NCBI GenBank assembly: GCA_951406725.2
Contig: OX597828.1
Location: forward strand, 58,032,001-58,096,000
Source: Octopus vulgaris
Lineage: Eukaryota
DNA: 64,000 bases
Direction: 5' to 3'
Part shown: piece by piece, positions 13,346 through 27,299 of the stretch
Position numbering within the stretch: position 1 is the first letter of the stretch
How the letters are laid out: each line of letters begins with the position of its first letter
Notes under the pieces: generated by a model
Database searches by the model: none
What the model was told of the DNA's origin: nothing
Seen by the model: only the letters and a program-made list of their open reading frames with translations
Position numbers and translations under genes: made by a program

Positions 13346-14690
13346 AACAGCAACAATGCGCTAGGAGAGCAATGCTTCATCAAATCTAAACATAGGCGCA
13401 GGCATGTTTGTGTGGTAAGAATCTTGCTTCCCAACCACATGGTTCCGGGTTTAGTCCCACAGCGTGGTGACTGTCTTCTACAGTAGCTTCGCGCCCCGAC
13501 TAAAGCCTTGTGTCGTTAGCGAGTCGGATAAAATGCTTTGCGGCATTTCTTGTGGATCTTTACTCTCTGAGTTCAAATTCTGCCGCAGTCGACCTTGTCT
13601 TTCATCCTTTAAACGTAAATAAAATTAGTAACAACTGTGCACTGGGGTTGACGAAATCGACTCATCCCTCCCCTCAAACTGCTGATCTTGTACCACATGC
13701 ATAGCGATATATCGTCCATCTTCAGGCTCTGAGTTCAAATTCCAACGAAGTCGACTTTGCCTTTCATCCTTTCGGGATCGATAAAATAAGTACCAGTTGA
13801 TCAGTCGGGTCGATGTAATCGTCAAATCCCTTCCCTAAAACTTGCTAGCCTTGTACCAAAATTTCAAATCAATAATTTTTACACACATAGTGACAGACTA
13901 GTGAAAAGCCTGAATTCGAACCCACTGCCATGAATGAGGGTGTCTCGCATTTAAATTTTTGACAACGTCCCTCAAATTACATAGAACTATTTCTATATTG
14001 CCCACAAGGGGATAAAGATGGGGGGACAAACAAGGACAGACAAAAGGATTAAGTCGATTACATCAACCCCAGTGCGTAACTGGTACTTATTTAATTGACC
14101 CCGAAAGGATGAAAGGCAAAGTCGACCTCGGTGGAATTTGAACTCAGAACGTAACGACAGACGAAATACCGCTACGCATTTCGCCCGGCGTGCTAACGTT
14201 TCTGCCAGCTCGCCAAAGAGATTATAACTCTCTTTATGGGTTTGCATTCGCCCTCTTTTAGAAGACCTGATTCTTACCCAAGTGAATTCCTGTGTGAGCA
14301 AGAATCGCTTTAAATTCAATAAACAGTATGGGAAATTGAAGAAAGCTAATTTAGCACAGAATCTCAAATTGTAGTAATTATTTCTCTTTCTTCTTCAGAC
14401 TCCAATACTGCATAAAGTTAGTAATGATTTCAGTATCCCAACACAGGAGGAGACATTTAAAACATTCTCTCCTTTCTAAACACTAATCACATGAAAATAT
14501 CAATTACGAGTCAACGAGGTGGTCTCTACACAGTTGCTCGTTCGGCTAGAAATAACAAGCAAATCTCATCAAATCATACCTTATCGGCTTAAAAATAGAA
14601 GACATATATTTGGATAATGTAGTCAGATAAACAGACAAGCAGACAGGCAGGCTGACAGACAGATAGATAGATAGATAGATAGATAGATAT

Positions 14691-14778
<88 letters not shown>

Positions 14779-15611
14779 GTAGAATGGCTACGGCTGGAAT
14801 GCCATTAGCCATAAATCTGCTCAATCTGATGTTTTGACGATAAACAAATGATATCAATTAAATTCATCGTTATTAAATGGTAGAAAGCAAGAACAAACAT
14901 GTTCTGGAAACTAAGGTTTGAACTGGCATTTACATTTGTTAACAAACATCTCCGAAAGGTCAAGGGTAGCTTAACATTAAAAATCCTGATGAAAATGTTA
15001 TTCAATGCTGGAATGCTAGCTACCTTTTACTTTAATACGGATCACATGAAAGACAACAAACAACTCTCAGTGATTTGTGGAAAGAAGAAAAATCAATAAG
15101 TTCACTAGAAAGAAATCCATCATTAGGTTAAAAGTCAACATTGTTTAATGCTGCCATGGAGATAGAAAGTAGAATGAAAATGTAAAACTATCGACTTCAG
15201 AAATCTATAATAACTTCAGTTCTAGTGAATGGTTTACTGGTGAACTATTAACTTTCCTCATTCATCTTGATCGAGTCTTCTGATTTGGTTGTAAAGTATA
15301 TTCGACAAGTTATTGTACAGATCCATAAACCGTTTATAGGGAAAACAAATTATTTGTCAAGATATTTCAGATGAAATGGTTGGCTACTTGTAGAGTAACA
15401 AGTATGCTTCTTGCAAACTGCGACCACGATTCAATTTCAATCCGCACACTCTTAAAGGCATTTCAAAATATTTATGTCACTGGTGTTATTGGAAAAGCAT
15501 TATAAACACTACATTCATCTTGCCTTCAAATAAAGAGGAATTATACCTTTTCAAAATGAAATTGAAACTTCAGTTGAACTTTGCTTTTTAGTATTATCAT
15601 TGTTGGTGTTG

Positions 15612-16206
15612 TCTTCTTCTTCTTCTTCTTCTTCTTCTTCATCGTCTTCTTCTTCTTCTTCTTCTTCTTCTTCTTCTTCTTCTTCTTCTTCTTCTTCTTC
15701 TTCTTCTTCTTCTTCTTCTTCTTCCAATTAGGACTCGCGCCATTTGCCACAAAGAATAATCTCTAATTCGAGCCTACTCTAAGCTACTAAGAATGCGTGT
15801 GGCAACTTGAAGATCCACCCACCACACGCGATAGACTGGCGGTTTCACGGGCGCGAAAGCTACGTTGCTATCCTCATTCCGTAAACGGTGGCTTTTAACG
15901 GGTGGAGAGCTGAACCATCCTGGGGTACAAAGGATTTGCAATCTAGACTAGGGTCTGAAAGTTGACCACACCATAGTTGGTTACACCATGGTTCCTCTGA
16001 TTTGTGGGAGAAGTAGGAAGAAAGAATGAGAGAAGGTTGTGGTGACAAGGTACAGCTGGGTTCACCATCCCCCCCACCGCCGGAGCATCGTGGAGCTTAG
16101 GTGTTTTTGCTCAATAAACACACACAATGCTCGGTCTGGGAATCGAAACCGCGTTCTTACGACCGCGAGTCCGCTACCCTAACCAGTGGGCCATTGCGCC
16201 TCCACA
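15612..16206 (-). mobile_element. tRNA-derived SINE with a (GAA)n tail, copy 2
   Basis: Reverse-complement homolog of 12760-13345. Confidence 0.88.
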
Positions 16207-16748
16207 CTGCTGCTGCTGCTGTGGTTGCTACTGCTGTTTTTGTTGTTGTTTTCGTTGTCATTATTGTTGTTCTTGGTGTTTTCGTTGTTGCTGTCGTTGT
16301 TGCTCTTTTTGTTTGAGCGGCGAGGGGCTGGCAGAATCGTTAGCACGCCGGGCGAAGTGCTTAGCGGTATTTCGTCTGCCGTTACGTTCTGAGTTCAAAT
16401 TCTGCCGAGGTCGACTTTGCCTTTCATTCTTTCGGGGTCGATAAATTAAGTACCACTTACGCCTTGGTGTCGATGTAATCGACTTGATCCTTTTGTCTGT
16501 CCTTGTTTGTCTTCACTGTGTTTAGCCCCTTGTGGGTAGTAAAGAAATAGGTATTTCGTCTGTCTCTGCGTTCTGGGTTCAAATTCCACGAAGGTCAACT
16601 TTGCCTTTCATCCTTATGGGGTCGATAAATTAAGAACCAGTTGAAAACAAGGTTCAATGTAATCTACTACTCTGCTCTCCAATATTTCAGGTCTTTCGCC
16701 TATAGTAGATAGAATTATTACTGTTGTTGATATTGTTGTTGCTGCTAC

Positions 16749-16818
<70 letters not shown>

Positions 16819-18018
16819 CAATCGATTCGAATACTTGAAATTTCATGATGAGATCCCTTCATTAACGAACAGGCAGCCAGCCAGGTTTGTTGCTTTCGAG
16901 AATGGGAAAGTAAGAAATGCTGAGCGCCACCTCTGAGTGTCACACTCAAAATAAGGTTCCAACACAATTAGCTAACGGTCACAGGCCGAAGTTACAATGC
17001 TTCCAACTGCGTGCCCCAGGATACCATGTTTAATTGGTTGTACTTAATCAGAAAGGGCTGAACAGAGCACTTTGAGAGTTTGGTGCTGCCTTTGTCATAT
17101 AAGCAATAATTTCGCATGCATATATTCATAGACGCTTAGATACATACGCACACGTGTGTGTGTGTGTGTGTGTTTTTGAGAATAATAGATCGCTAAGCAC
17201 ACAAATAATGTTTTGAACTATAGCATATAAATATTGGATGGAAAAATTCCTTTTTTATAGAAAAAAATCGGAGACTATTATCAATAATAGTTTTGTTTGT
17301 GTAGTTTGAGATCCACAATTCCAAAAAAAAAGGAAAAAAACAATAAATCATGTTCTTACAAATGTTTATAGAACTTTTATGATGACAACGTTATATCTGT
17401 TTGTGTGTGCATGTGGATGTATATGTGTGTATGTAAATGTGGATGCATATGTGTGTATGTGTATGTGTGTGTGTGTGTGTGTGTGTATACACCAATTCTA
17501 CACTCTCAAATTCTCTTCTTGTCTCCATTTTATGGAATATCTTCTTTTCTTTCTTTTACCTTTTTTATCTTTCTCTTTTTAAAACGACCGCAAAAAAACA
17601 GAAATTTCAGTGCATTTCTTTTTAATGCTTAAAGAACGTTGATACATTCGCTTTCATGGTCTTGGCATAAATTACTTAGAAGATTTCAAATAATGTACTT
17701 GGCAAGACATGTGCATATATATATATATATATATATAATTATATTGCTCTTTTTTCTTTCGAAAAATTTAAGAACTGCATCGAAATGCTCAGGATGCTAA
17801 ATAGTAAATAATATAATTTAATGAAGAAACAAAAATTAGATAATTATCTTTTATTTATCACATACATTAATACGACAAATACATTAAGACATTCAGAACA
17901 TATTAAAAGTATTATTTAAGAATCTAAGAGAAATAAGAGATATATGAAATAAGAATATACATGAAAATATAAGCAAGAAATAATTCGATATGTGCAGTGA
18001 TATAGCGAATATAAGAAA

Positions 18019-18189
18019 ACTTGATTAAAAATTAAAAACTAAAAGTTAGAAATTACACTGACAGCAGTGAGAAGCCTTAATGAGGAATTTAAATGTCAGA
18101 GAAAAAATACTTGATTAAAAATTAAAAACTAAGGTAAAAGTTACACTGACAGCAGTGAGAAGCCTTAATGAGGAATTTAAATGTCAGAG
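18019..18189. repeat. Tandem duplication, period about 90 bp
   Basis: ACTTGATTAAAAATTAAAAACT...AAATGTCAGAG occurs twice. Confidence 0.9.
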
Positions 18190-18224
18190 TAAATATGGAT
18201 TTGTTAATTCCCATACAGACAATA

Positions 18225-18352
18225 AGTCTATTGACACACTATTTCTGCCCTATCAGTATTTGCAAAGGGAAGTCATCGTTCCCATCTCCAGCCTGACGTG
18301 AAACACACAGTTTCTGGGTATTGACTCGTCATCAGCGTATGAAAACTACCGA
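18225..18352 (-). mobile_element. Hammerhead-bearing repeat family, copy 2 (fragment)
   Basis: Reverse complement of about 1500-1630; CTGATGA and GAAA are retained. Confidence 0.65.
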
Positions 18353-18747
18353 TTTCTTTATTATGATAATAAATATTATGATAAGTATCTATTAAAAAGA
18401 AGGACAATAAAGGACGTTAGAAACAGAAATGTACTAAGTGAGCTTATAATGAATATTCGATGAAATATATATATTTCATCGCAGGAGTTGTGGGAACTCG
18501 CTTGCTAACCAACCACATGGTTCCGGGTTCAGTCCACTGCGTGGCATCTAGTGTCTTCGCATACCCGGGCCGACCAATGCCTTGTGAGTGGATTTGTAAC
18601 GGAAACTGAAAGAAGCCGTCGTATATATGTATATATATATATGGTGTGTGTTATGATACGTGTCTATTGACAACCGATGCTGGTGTGACAGTAAAGGACG
18701 TTACAAACATAGAAATGCTACTGAGCTTATAATGAAAAATTCGATGA

Positions 18748-18789
<42 letters not shown>

Positions 18790-18791
<2 letters not shown>

Positions 18792-19995
18792 AAAAGAGTA
18801 TATATAAATTTTAAAATTTTACAAACTTATTTTCACAAGCTATGGCCGGATTGCCAACGACTATACCTTGCTTTTACCATGGGTGGAATTAAGTAGGGAC
18901 AGTCACTCCCAACTTCCACACGACATCCTTCCATCTTTTTCTCATATATGCTTCGCGACAAGTGTCTTTCTCCAACCCTATCTTGCTCTTCAGATGGTAC
19001 CTGAAGTAGAATAGCAAATCAGGGCCGGAAATTAAGGATCCTGTCACGATTCGTTGCATTCTGGTTCTCCATGCACGCTCTTTCATTACTGCGACCGTAC
19101 AGAGAAAACATGCCTCACCTTCCTTTTATAGTCCGGTTGGCGGTACAATCTTTACCACAGACTCAGCTGATAGCTGTACTCTTCCCAGGTGCGACAACAC
19201 GTGTTCTACGTAAATTATCAAGTCCGAAAGCTCTGGGTACTGTACATTTTTTAGAGTTTGGGTCGATATTCCTTCTGCTGTTTCAGCGTTCTCGAATTGT
19301 GCCTCAACAATGGCGCTGCTTGGTTCTCGACCGACATAGGTAATTTTTCCCTATATGGGGGCGAGGCACTTTTCTACCAACTCGTTCCTCACAGACATAA
19401 TTCCTTTTTTCCTTCCGGTTGTATATCTTGTAGACTACCGTTCTGGCAGTTAAGTTTTGTAGCATACCCTCTGGTGGTAACAATTTTGTTTCGTTGTCAC
19501 TTTTTTTTATAAGGTTCCGAAACTTAAATAGTTGTTCCTTCGACACCTCCAATTCACAAAAATTACCACCAACGGTAGCAGAGAAACTGGGTTTTCCTTT
19601 TCTTCCTGGTTACCAACTTGGTTACTTTCTTTCATTGCCGGAAATTCCTCGATTGAGTACAGAAAGTCAATATTCGACAACAGATTCAACACCATTTTCA
19701 CAAATGGCCTCCGAATTTCAAAAAAAAGTGTAAATATTTTTGTCAAGATGACAAAAATTAATTTTTTTACCCTGCAACGGGTAAAAAGATCACAAAAAAT
19801 AAACAGTCCAATAAGTTATGCAGAAAACAATTTTTTGCCCTGTAGGGCGAAAATTTTCGTCCACACGACGACAACAGTTCAATTTCAACAGGAGCTCATA
19901 CGTAACAATTTCAGCAGAAAAATCAACAACAACAGAAATACATTAACCAAATAAACTCACTAAGCAACAGCAGCCGATCGCAGAAAAGTGACACA
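18790..19995 (-). mobile_element. Internally deleted L1/Tx1-like LINE remnant
   Basis: Broken ORF1-like frames are followed by an ORF2-tail-like WRTRMQ..DLLFYFRYHLKSKIGLE..KRWKDV; the 3' end abuts (TA)n. Family assignment is tentative. Confidence 0.45.
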
Positions 19996-19999
19996 GCGG

Positions 20000-20340
20000 G
20001 TGGCGATGGGAAGCGGTTCTCAATGTAAATATATATACTTTTTCCAGTGACGAAAAGTTCGAAAATGTGGAAAGAAACAATAATAAATCTCTGAGCAAGT
20101 TATAAACAGTCGCAGCACGACATCAATACCGATGTATCACGTCAGGCTCGAGATGGGAACGATAATTTCTCTTTACAAATACTGATAGGGCACAGATAGT
20201 GTGTCAATAGCCAGCTGGAGGAGATGTCTTCTGGGGACTACAAGCTACAGTAGCATCGGCCCTTAAGGGTTAACCACATTTATGTGACAAATATACTTCA
20301 CGATGTCGTGCTGCCACTGTTTATACCTCGCTCAGAGATT
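20000..20340. mobile_element. Hammerhead-bearing repeat family, copy 3 (inverted arrangement)
   Basis: 20000-20125 is minus-oriented and 20135-20340 is plus-oriented relative to 51225-51578. Confidence 0.65.
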
Positions 20341-20354
20341 TGTATATATATGTA

Positions 20355-20446
<92 letters not shown>

Positions 20447-21083
20447 GTTAATAAATATTTTCATATGCACTTTACACTGACAGAATAAATAATTTTATAC
20501 AAGTCCGAACACTAACATCTGGTTCAAATATAGTGAAAGCGCGTGGTTTACAGGTTAAGGTAATCGGCTCAAAATCGTATGGTCGTGAGTTCGATTTACG
20601 GCAGTGCTTTGTATTCTTGAGCAAGACACTTTATTTCACGTTGCACCAGTCCACGCAGCTGGCAAAGAGGTGTTGTAATAGTAATTCAAAAGGCTGGCCT
20701 TGTCACATTGTGTGTCACGCTGAATCTCCCTGAGAACTACGTTAAGGGTACATGTGTCTGTGGAATGCTCAGCCACTTGCACGTCAATTTCACGATCAGA
20801 TGTTCCATTGATCGGATCAACTGGAACATTCATCGTGGTAACCGACGGAGTACCAGTTTAAGTTTTAATATGCCACTGACCTAATGAAGATTCTACGACG
20901 CTGTTAATTTTTTTCTTTCAGTCAGGAAGGAAGACAATGCCCATGACCCATTACAAGACTAGTGGAAGGGAGGGCAGAAGGTAAAGAGGAGGGAAGTATC
21001 CTTAAACCGGAAGTCTATCCCGAATGCTTTCAACAGTGTGGACTCCGCTAAAGACCTCTAAGCTGCCAGATAGTCGCTTTAAA

Positions 21084-21319
21084 GGCGGCGAGCTGGCAGA
21101 AACGTTAGCACGCCGGGCGAAATGCGTAGCCGTATTTCGTCTGCTGTTACGTTCTGAGTTCAATTCCGCCGAGGTCGACGTTGCCTTCATCCTTTCGGGG
21201 TCGATAAATTAAGTACCAGTTACGCACTGGAGTCGATGTAATCGACTTAACCCCTTTGTCTGTCCCTGTTTGTCCCCTCTATGTTTAACCCCTTGTGGGC
21301 AATAAAGAAATAAGAAATA
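21084..21319 (+). mobile_element. Meta-domain-like SINE with an imperfect 16-bp TSD
   Basis: GGCGGCGAGCTGGCAGAA head and GCCTT(T)CATCCTTTCGGGGTCGATAAA core; TSD AGATRGTCGCTTTAAA. Other copies near 1765, 3105, 13520, 13990, 16318, 29527, 40134, 41500, 49830, 50650 and 58183. Confidence 0.88.
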
Positions 21320-21674
21320 AGATGGTCGCTTTAAACCGAGCTACGGATTCAGCGTACCACCTATGTGGGCCATAGTAGAATTCAAAAAGAGCAGGACCAA
21401 ATACCACAAGGCATCCGATCCGATGTTCTTACACATCCACCTATTCATCACAGTTCAGTACTTTTTTACCGACTCCGAAAAAAATAAAAGACAAAGTTGG
21501 CTGCAGCAGGACTTGAACACGGAGCGCCGGTAGTTTAAAACAGATACCGCGCGAAGTGCTCTATCCTACATTCTAACGACTATGTCAGTTTACTAGCTTC
21601 GTATCAAATCAATACGTATGATATCCACGTATGATGTTAATCCAATATTAGCACGTATATATTAAAATATATAC

Positions 21675-21756
<82 letters not shown>

Positions 21757-22276
21757 TCCGACAGAACCGTCAAAACTAATAAACCGGATATTGTTGTGAA
21801 AGACCAAAACAATAAAGTCTGTTTATTGGTCGACATGAGTATTCTTTGCGATCACAATATCTCGGCAAAAGAATTTGACAAGCTTAGAAAATATAAAAAT
21901 TTGCTCTTTGAAATCAAAATAATGTGGCATTTCAGTGATTGTAGGAGCACTCGGAATTATCCAAAAAAAGGAACTGAAAAGTATTTGAGAATGATTCCTG
22001 GCTTACTATCCATACAAGAAGTGCAAAAGATTGTTTTAACTGGTATGTTGCACGTATTGAGAAGGGCATTGTTGCCGTTAGAACGATTACAACCCCATGT
22101 CGATTTTTTTTCTTTTTTTTCTATTTTCTTTTTAGTTTTTTTTTTTTTTAGTTTTTACCTTTCACGTAACTTACTTTGTAAATGAACAATCGGATATGTT
22201 TATTTTAATGGCCGATCCTAGATGTCGAGAAGATACTCCACAAGAACTGGAAACAAAATTGAATGAAGCTAAATTC
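21757..22276 (+). mobile_element. Dong/R4-type non-LTR retrotransposon 3' fragment inserted in (TAA)n
   Basis: RLE endonuclease NKPDIVVKD..CLLVDMS..K..KY..EVQKIVLTG..VLRRAL; (TAA)n on both flanks, the known target of Dong-like elements. Confidence 0.85.
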
Positions 22277-22317
<41 letters not shown>

Positions 22318-22696
22318 TTCAGGTATTAAGCCTGGAGATTACCTTATCAAGCTCATTCACGAGCCAAAGTCATAAAACAGAGAGTAATCCGGAAATTGCT
22401 TTTTTTCCGTAAAGCGCATGCCTGGAAATCAACAAATATCTTCAGAGTTTCTTCACTTATAACCAAAGAGAATGGAGTGAGAAAGCCATTTTATTACATT
22501 AATTCTTATAGTTGTTTCATCGGAAACTCATGAGATCGATTTCCGATAAAAGAATTGTTAAATTAATACAATAAAATGGCTTAGGACTTGTTAAATCCAT
22601 CCTCCTTCGTTATAATTATATGTGTACGTGGATGGGTGGGGGTGCATGTATATACGTATGTATGTATATATTAACAAATGCTCATTATATACAATA

Positions 22697-23090
22697 CTAG
22701 CAGCATAGCCCGGCGTTGCCCGGGTATGTAAGAGCCCCTAGTAGGCAACGACTAATCCCAATCTAGTTCTTTCCCTCTGGGGAACGAAGGCGCATGTATA
22801 GGTTGCAATGTCTTCTCTTCACTCGAATACTTGTATGTATACGATGTTCCTAGCTGTCTCTCGACAGGAAATGTGTTGCATATAAAAAGCTTAGATTCTC
22901 GACCCCATGTCGAATTTATCGATTTTTTTCAGAACTGGGGGAACTTTTCAAAATTTTCGCTGCGTTAGTTTTGAATTATGACATTGGGCTATGTGTGTGT
23001 CAAGTTTCATCAGAATCGGTTGAAAGCCGTGGTCAGGGTGAGGGTACAACTTGACAGCCACACAAACAGACAAACTGCTCATTATATACA
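22697..23090 (-). mobile_element. Non-autonomous Helitron
   Basis: Minus-strand 3' end has the hairpin CCCGG-GCAACG-CCGGG, 8 nt, then CTAG|T. (CTGT)-like tract near the 5' end. Confidence 0.75.
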
Positions 23091-23099
23091 ATATTTCCA

Positions 23100-23700
23100 A
23101 TTCAGTTTTATAATAAAATTATTGTTTTACTTTCAATTTAAGCTGATTTGTCTCCTCTAAAACAAGTTCCATCCAGTTTTTTAATGAGTCCTGGAGAGGG
23201 ATTTTAGGTTTAGATTAACTGTTAAAATGGCGATTTTTCTCTGATGTCTTCTACTGTCCGAAATCGGCGACCTTTAAGGGCGGATTTGAACTTTGAGAAC
23301 AAAAAGAAATGTCCACAATAGCTGGACCAAAGGAAGACTAGAATTGTTACAAGTTTCGCTAAAAAGTCCCGGATAAAGAGTGACGCATGGATAGGTGCTT
23401 TGTCGTAGTTCAGTCGACATGTTTTGTTTATCCGTGCCCCGGGCCTCTTTCTTCGCACTGCTTCTCTTCAATGACTCAGGACAACAAGTAAAAAAACTCT
23501 TTCTTGATCAGCTGACCACGTGGAATAAACACGTGATGAATGAAGCCTTTCCAATCAAAAACATACGATCAACGTAGATGTTTTTTTTCCTTTTTTTTTT
23601 TGTTGTTTGTTGTTTTTTGTCATCTCGAAAATGATCAAACCTCTTCCACTTTTTATTTCGCCATCATAGCCACACTGCCACTAAAACAGAGATCATTTCA
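23100..23700 (-). mobile_element. Degraded mariner-type transposase
   Basis: ORF 23222-23458 reads RRKRP..DKAPIH..FFLFSKFKSALKGRRFRTVEDI. Boundaries are approximate. Confidence 0.8.
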
Positions 23701-24378
23701 TTTTATTTGTTCGTGTAGCAAAAAAAATTACTTTTCAAGTAAAGATGCCATTATCTTACTCAGATACACTTCAAAGACACTTCAATCAAACGCGGAAAGG
23801 AAGGATGAGAGAATAAGATAACTAGAAATGCAGTGACGTCGCAGTCTCTCATTTCTTGGAATCCTGCCTTACGTTTTCTCCACCTTTTTCTCTCCTCCTC
23901 CTCCTTCCACTCTCTTTTTCCCTCCCTCTACTCACCATTATTAATACCATCGACACAGCCGCTGTATCCGCCTCCACCACAGCCATACAACCAACGGGAT
24001 AACTTTTCATACTATTTTGACTGACATTTATTAGCGTTACATACATTTCCCATTGGTCTGAACACGGGTATTAATACGTAAGCGTTTTAGTTTTGACTTC
24101 GGGTACATGTATCAGCTTTTCCTTTTGTTAGGAAAATTCTTAAAGAAAATTTTCACTTGTACTGTTTTGATCGAAAGTATCTAACATATATAATCATAAA
24201 ATTATGCAAACGACCGATTTGTCATTATCGAAAAAGAGCAAGTCAGTGATAAAATAGATTCAGATAAAAAATAAACATAATTTATTCAATTTGCCGTGGT
24301 GGAATTTTATCATTCTTTCACCAAAATTTCCAATAATGTATATAAACTCACACACACACACACACACGCACACACACG

Positions 24379-24450
<72 letters not shown>

Positions 24451-24451
24451 A

Positions 24452-24492
<41 letters not shown>

Positions 24493-24714
24493 CATGCACG
24501 CACGCACGTACGCACACATTATAGTCGTCTAAAAATCCATATGTCAGAAAAACACGTATTCGTATATCTGTCAATAGTATATAGTATTTTATATCCATTT
24601 CACCTTTCTGTGTGTGTACCCATTCCCTTCCGGTCATTCAACATGTGACCGGGTGTGTATCGTTGGCGATTTTCTTTCACCGTCTTCCCTTCCTTGGATC
24701 TTTCCTTTTTCTAT

Positions 24715-24749
24715 GTTTCTGACGAAGAGCTCCGCTCGAAACGTTAAAT
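24715..24749 (+). ncRNA. Minimal type I hammerhead ribozyme motif
   Basis: gttt-CTGACGA-a-GAGC-tcc-GCTC-GAAA-CG-TT-aaat. Confidence 0.75.
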
Positions 24750-24857
24750 CCTCCTTCTTTCTTTCCTTTCCTGGGCGTCCAATAACACTATACTTGTCCC
24801 TTGTCCTCGCATTGTGTTCTCCTTGTATTTTCATGTTTGGATTAACTATATATATAT

Positions 24858-24890
<33 letters not shown>

Positions 24891-24915
24891 GACAGAGACA
24901 GACAGAGAGACAGAG

Positions 24916-25016
<101 letters not shown>

Positions 25017-25977
25017 TACTTTTCCTGATAGTTTGTATTGCTGAACTATATTTACAATTTTCAATCTCCCTCGATTACGTGTGTCTCCGCACACATAAAC
25101 GTTTCTTAAGGTTTTGTCATCGTTATGTACTCGAATAGAATTCTTACCTCATTTGAATTTTATTATTTGAATTGTTTTAATATATACATGCGTGTATTGA
25201 TCCTAAAAGTACATGAATCGAACATCGTAGCCCATCCAATCACGTCTTATAAATCAATGAAAGTGCCTAAACAAAGAATATTGAACATTATATTTAATAC
25301 TCAGCTGCAAGATAATTATATAAACCATGGTTTATATATATTAATTTATTATAAAAAGATGAGAAAATAGACAGGTAATTAATGAATTATTAATTATTAA
25401 TAAAAAAAATTGACAAACATCCATTACAGCAGTTTCAATTCAGACCATCAGAAAATTAATTAATTAAAATAAAACTTATTTGAAAGTCGAATCTCTTTAG
25501 AGGTAGATAAAGATATACAAAATAGGTGTTCAACTTTTGTATTTTGAGAAAACGGCTGCCAAATGTTAACTGATAAAATTTATACATAAAGAACATAGTA
25601 TTTAAATGGTAGAGCCCTTAGAAGGAGAATAAGGTTGTGTATAGTGGAGTTGTAAAACAATATATTCATCTGCAGTGTTAAGTATAAGAAAGCTCATGTA
25701 GATGTAATTGGTAAAAAATCTTATATTGTGCTATGATATATATTCTTATTAAATCAGTATAAACTTAGTATGTGTGTGTAGTTACTAGTATATAATTAAG
25801 GTGGAAGACATTCAGGTAATCTATTACTTATTATAAATATCGAAATAGTTGAAATACCAGTAAGAAATATTGACTTAATGTTTGGGTACATAAAAATTAT
25901 AAATAAAAACATGAATAAAGTAAAATAAATAAATCAGAATAGAGATAGTAAAGAGTGAAAAATTATAGAGAGGAAGG

Positions 25978-26078
25978 AAAGAATTATAAATTGTTACCTT
26001 TCACCTCTTAAAAATATATCATTATTATTAATAGTAATAACTTTTTAAGAGGTGAAAGGTAATAATTTATAATTCTTT
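25978..26078. repeat. Inverted repeat (hairpin) of about 36 bp
   Basis: AAAGAATTATAAATTGTTACCTTTCACCTCTTAAAAA and its near reverse complement. Confidence 0.85.
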
Positions 26079-27299
26079 GTTCATTTATTTATTTTTCTCT
26101 ATCTATGTTCGTTATGCATTCCAGAACCGAGTTGTCGTTTTTCACGTAGCGGGGTATCAACAGATTCAGTAAGCTTTCGGTTACCAACTGAACTATATTT
26201 TCATTCACTTATTTGCATTACAAAAATTTAAGAGTATCATTTTTCTTTTAGTCACCTATCGTAAACGACATCTTTTACTACCATCACCACCACAAGGATG
26301 ATGACGTCACATTTTCTATATGTGTTCGCGCGTTCGATTCGTACATTAGGCTGATGACAGACAATTATGTGTATGACGGTGTTTCTGTCTGTTAGTATAC
26401 ATACATTTTTGTGACGACTGACACACACAACTAAAGACAGACAGAGATGGGCTTCACGTATGCGTTAATAGACGTGTGGGTAAATTCCCCCACCCACCCC
26501 CAATGAAACGCGCCGATATCGAAAGTTTATTTGTGGTCTGGGCTTCAAACAAACAACAACGTTCACTTTCAAGTACTACCAACACGAAGATTTGGCTTAT
26601 TTAACATCACTCACAATACTCGCAAATATATCTGACAAAAATATTATTCTGGTTATTATAACAAATCCGGTAACTTGGCGAAGTAGAAAGCCTCAGCAGC
26701 TCTTTCAATATATTTACAAAAACGTTATTCCACTCCAAACCAGTTTCAAGATAATGTTTTTTTTAACAGTCCTTGTATTCTTCATCACTGTATCAACGTC
26801 GCACAACCTTTTTTCCTGCGTTACTCAGTATTTCTTCTACAGCCTTTAATGTTACACAGTTCAAAAACAGCATCTTTCTTTTTATACACTTGGTTCAGCG
26901 TTCGTTTCAAAAGTGTAAAATAAATTATTTTTGTATGAGAAATTGAATTATGCTCTCTGAATTTTTCGGACTTTCATTGTCTTCGCCGTGATATTCAATC
27001 GTAAATTTTATAACATTTAGTACACGTTCCAAATAAATGTTGGCTTTCTGTACTTTGTTACATTGGTGACAGATACTAACTTTTGCTAAATCGGTGACTT
27101 TCCATTTTTTATAGCATAACTATGCTACAGAAATTATGTTTTGCACCTGTATTGAGTACATTTAGTTTCGTTTGAACTTCGTGTGTGTACGTTTTGCTGT
27201 TTTTAAGTATTATCAATTCTATGAGTGTCTGTGTGTCTGTGTATGTGTGCGTGTTTGTTTCTGCGTTCGTTATGTCTATAGTAAACTATAGTAAAGAAC

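Noticed and set aside
14399-14480. Candidate upstream exon after a strong polypyrimidine-AG
   Set aside because: No cadherin-like translation in any frame and no convincing donor.
12760-16206. Composite transposon with long TIRs
   Set aside because: The arms are two diverged, oppositely oriented copies of one SINE with their own tails; I saw no TSD or transposase.
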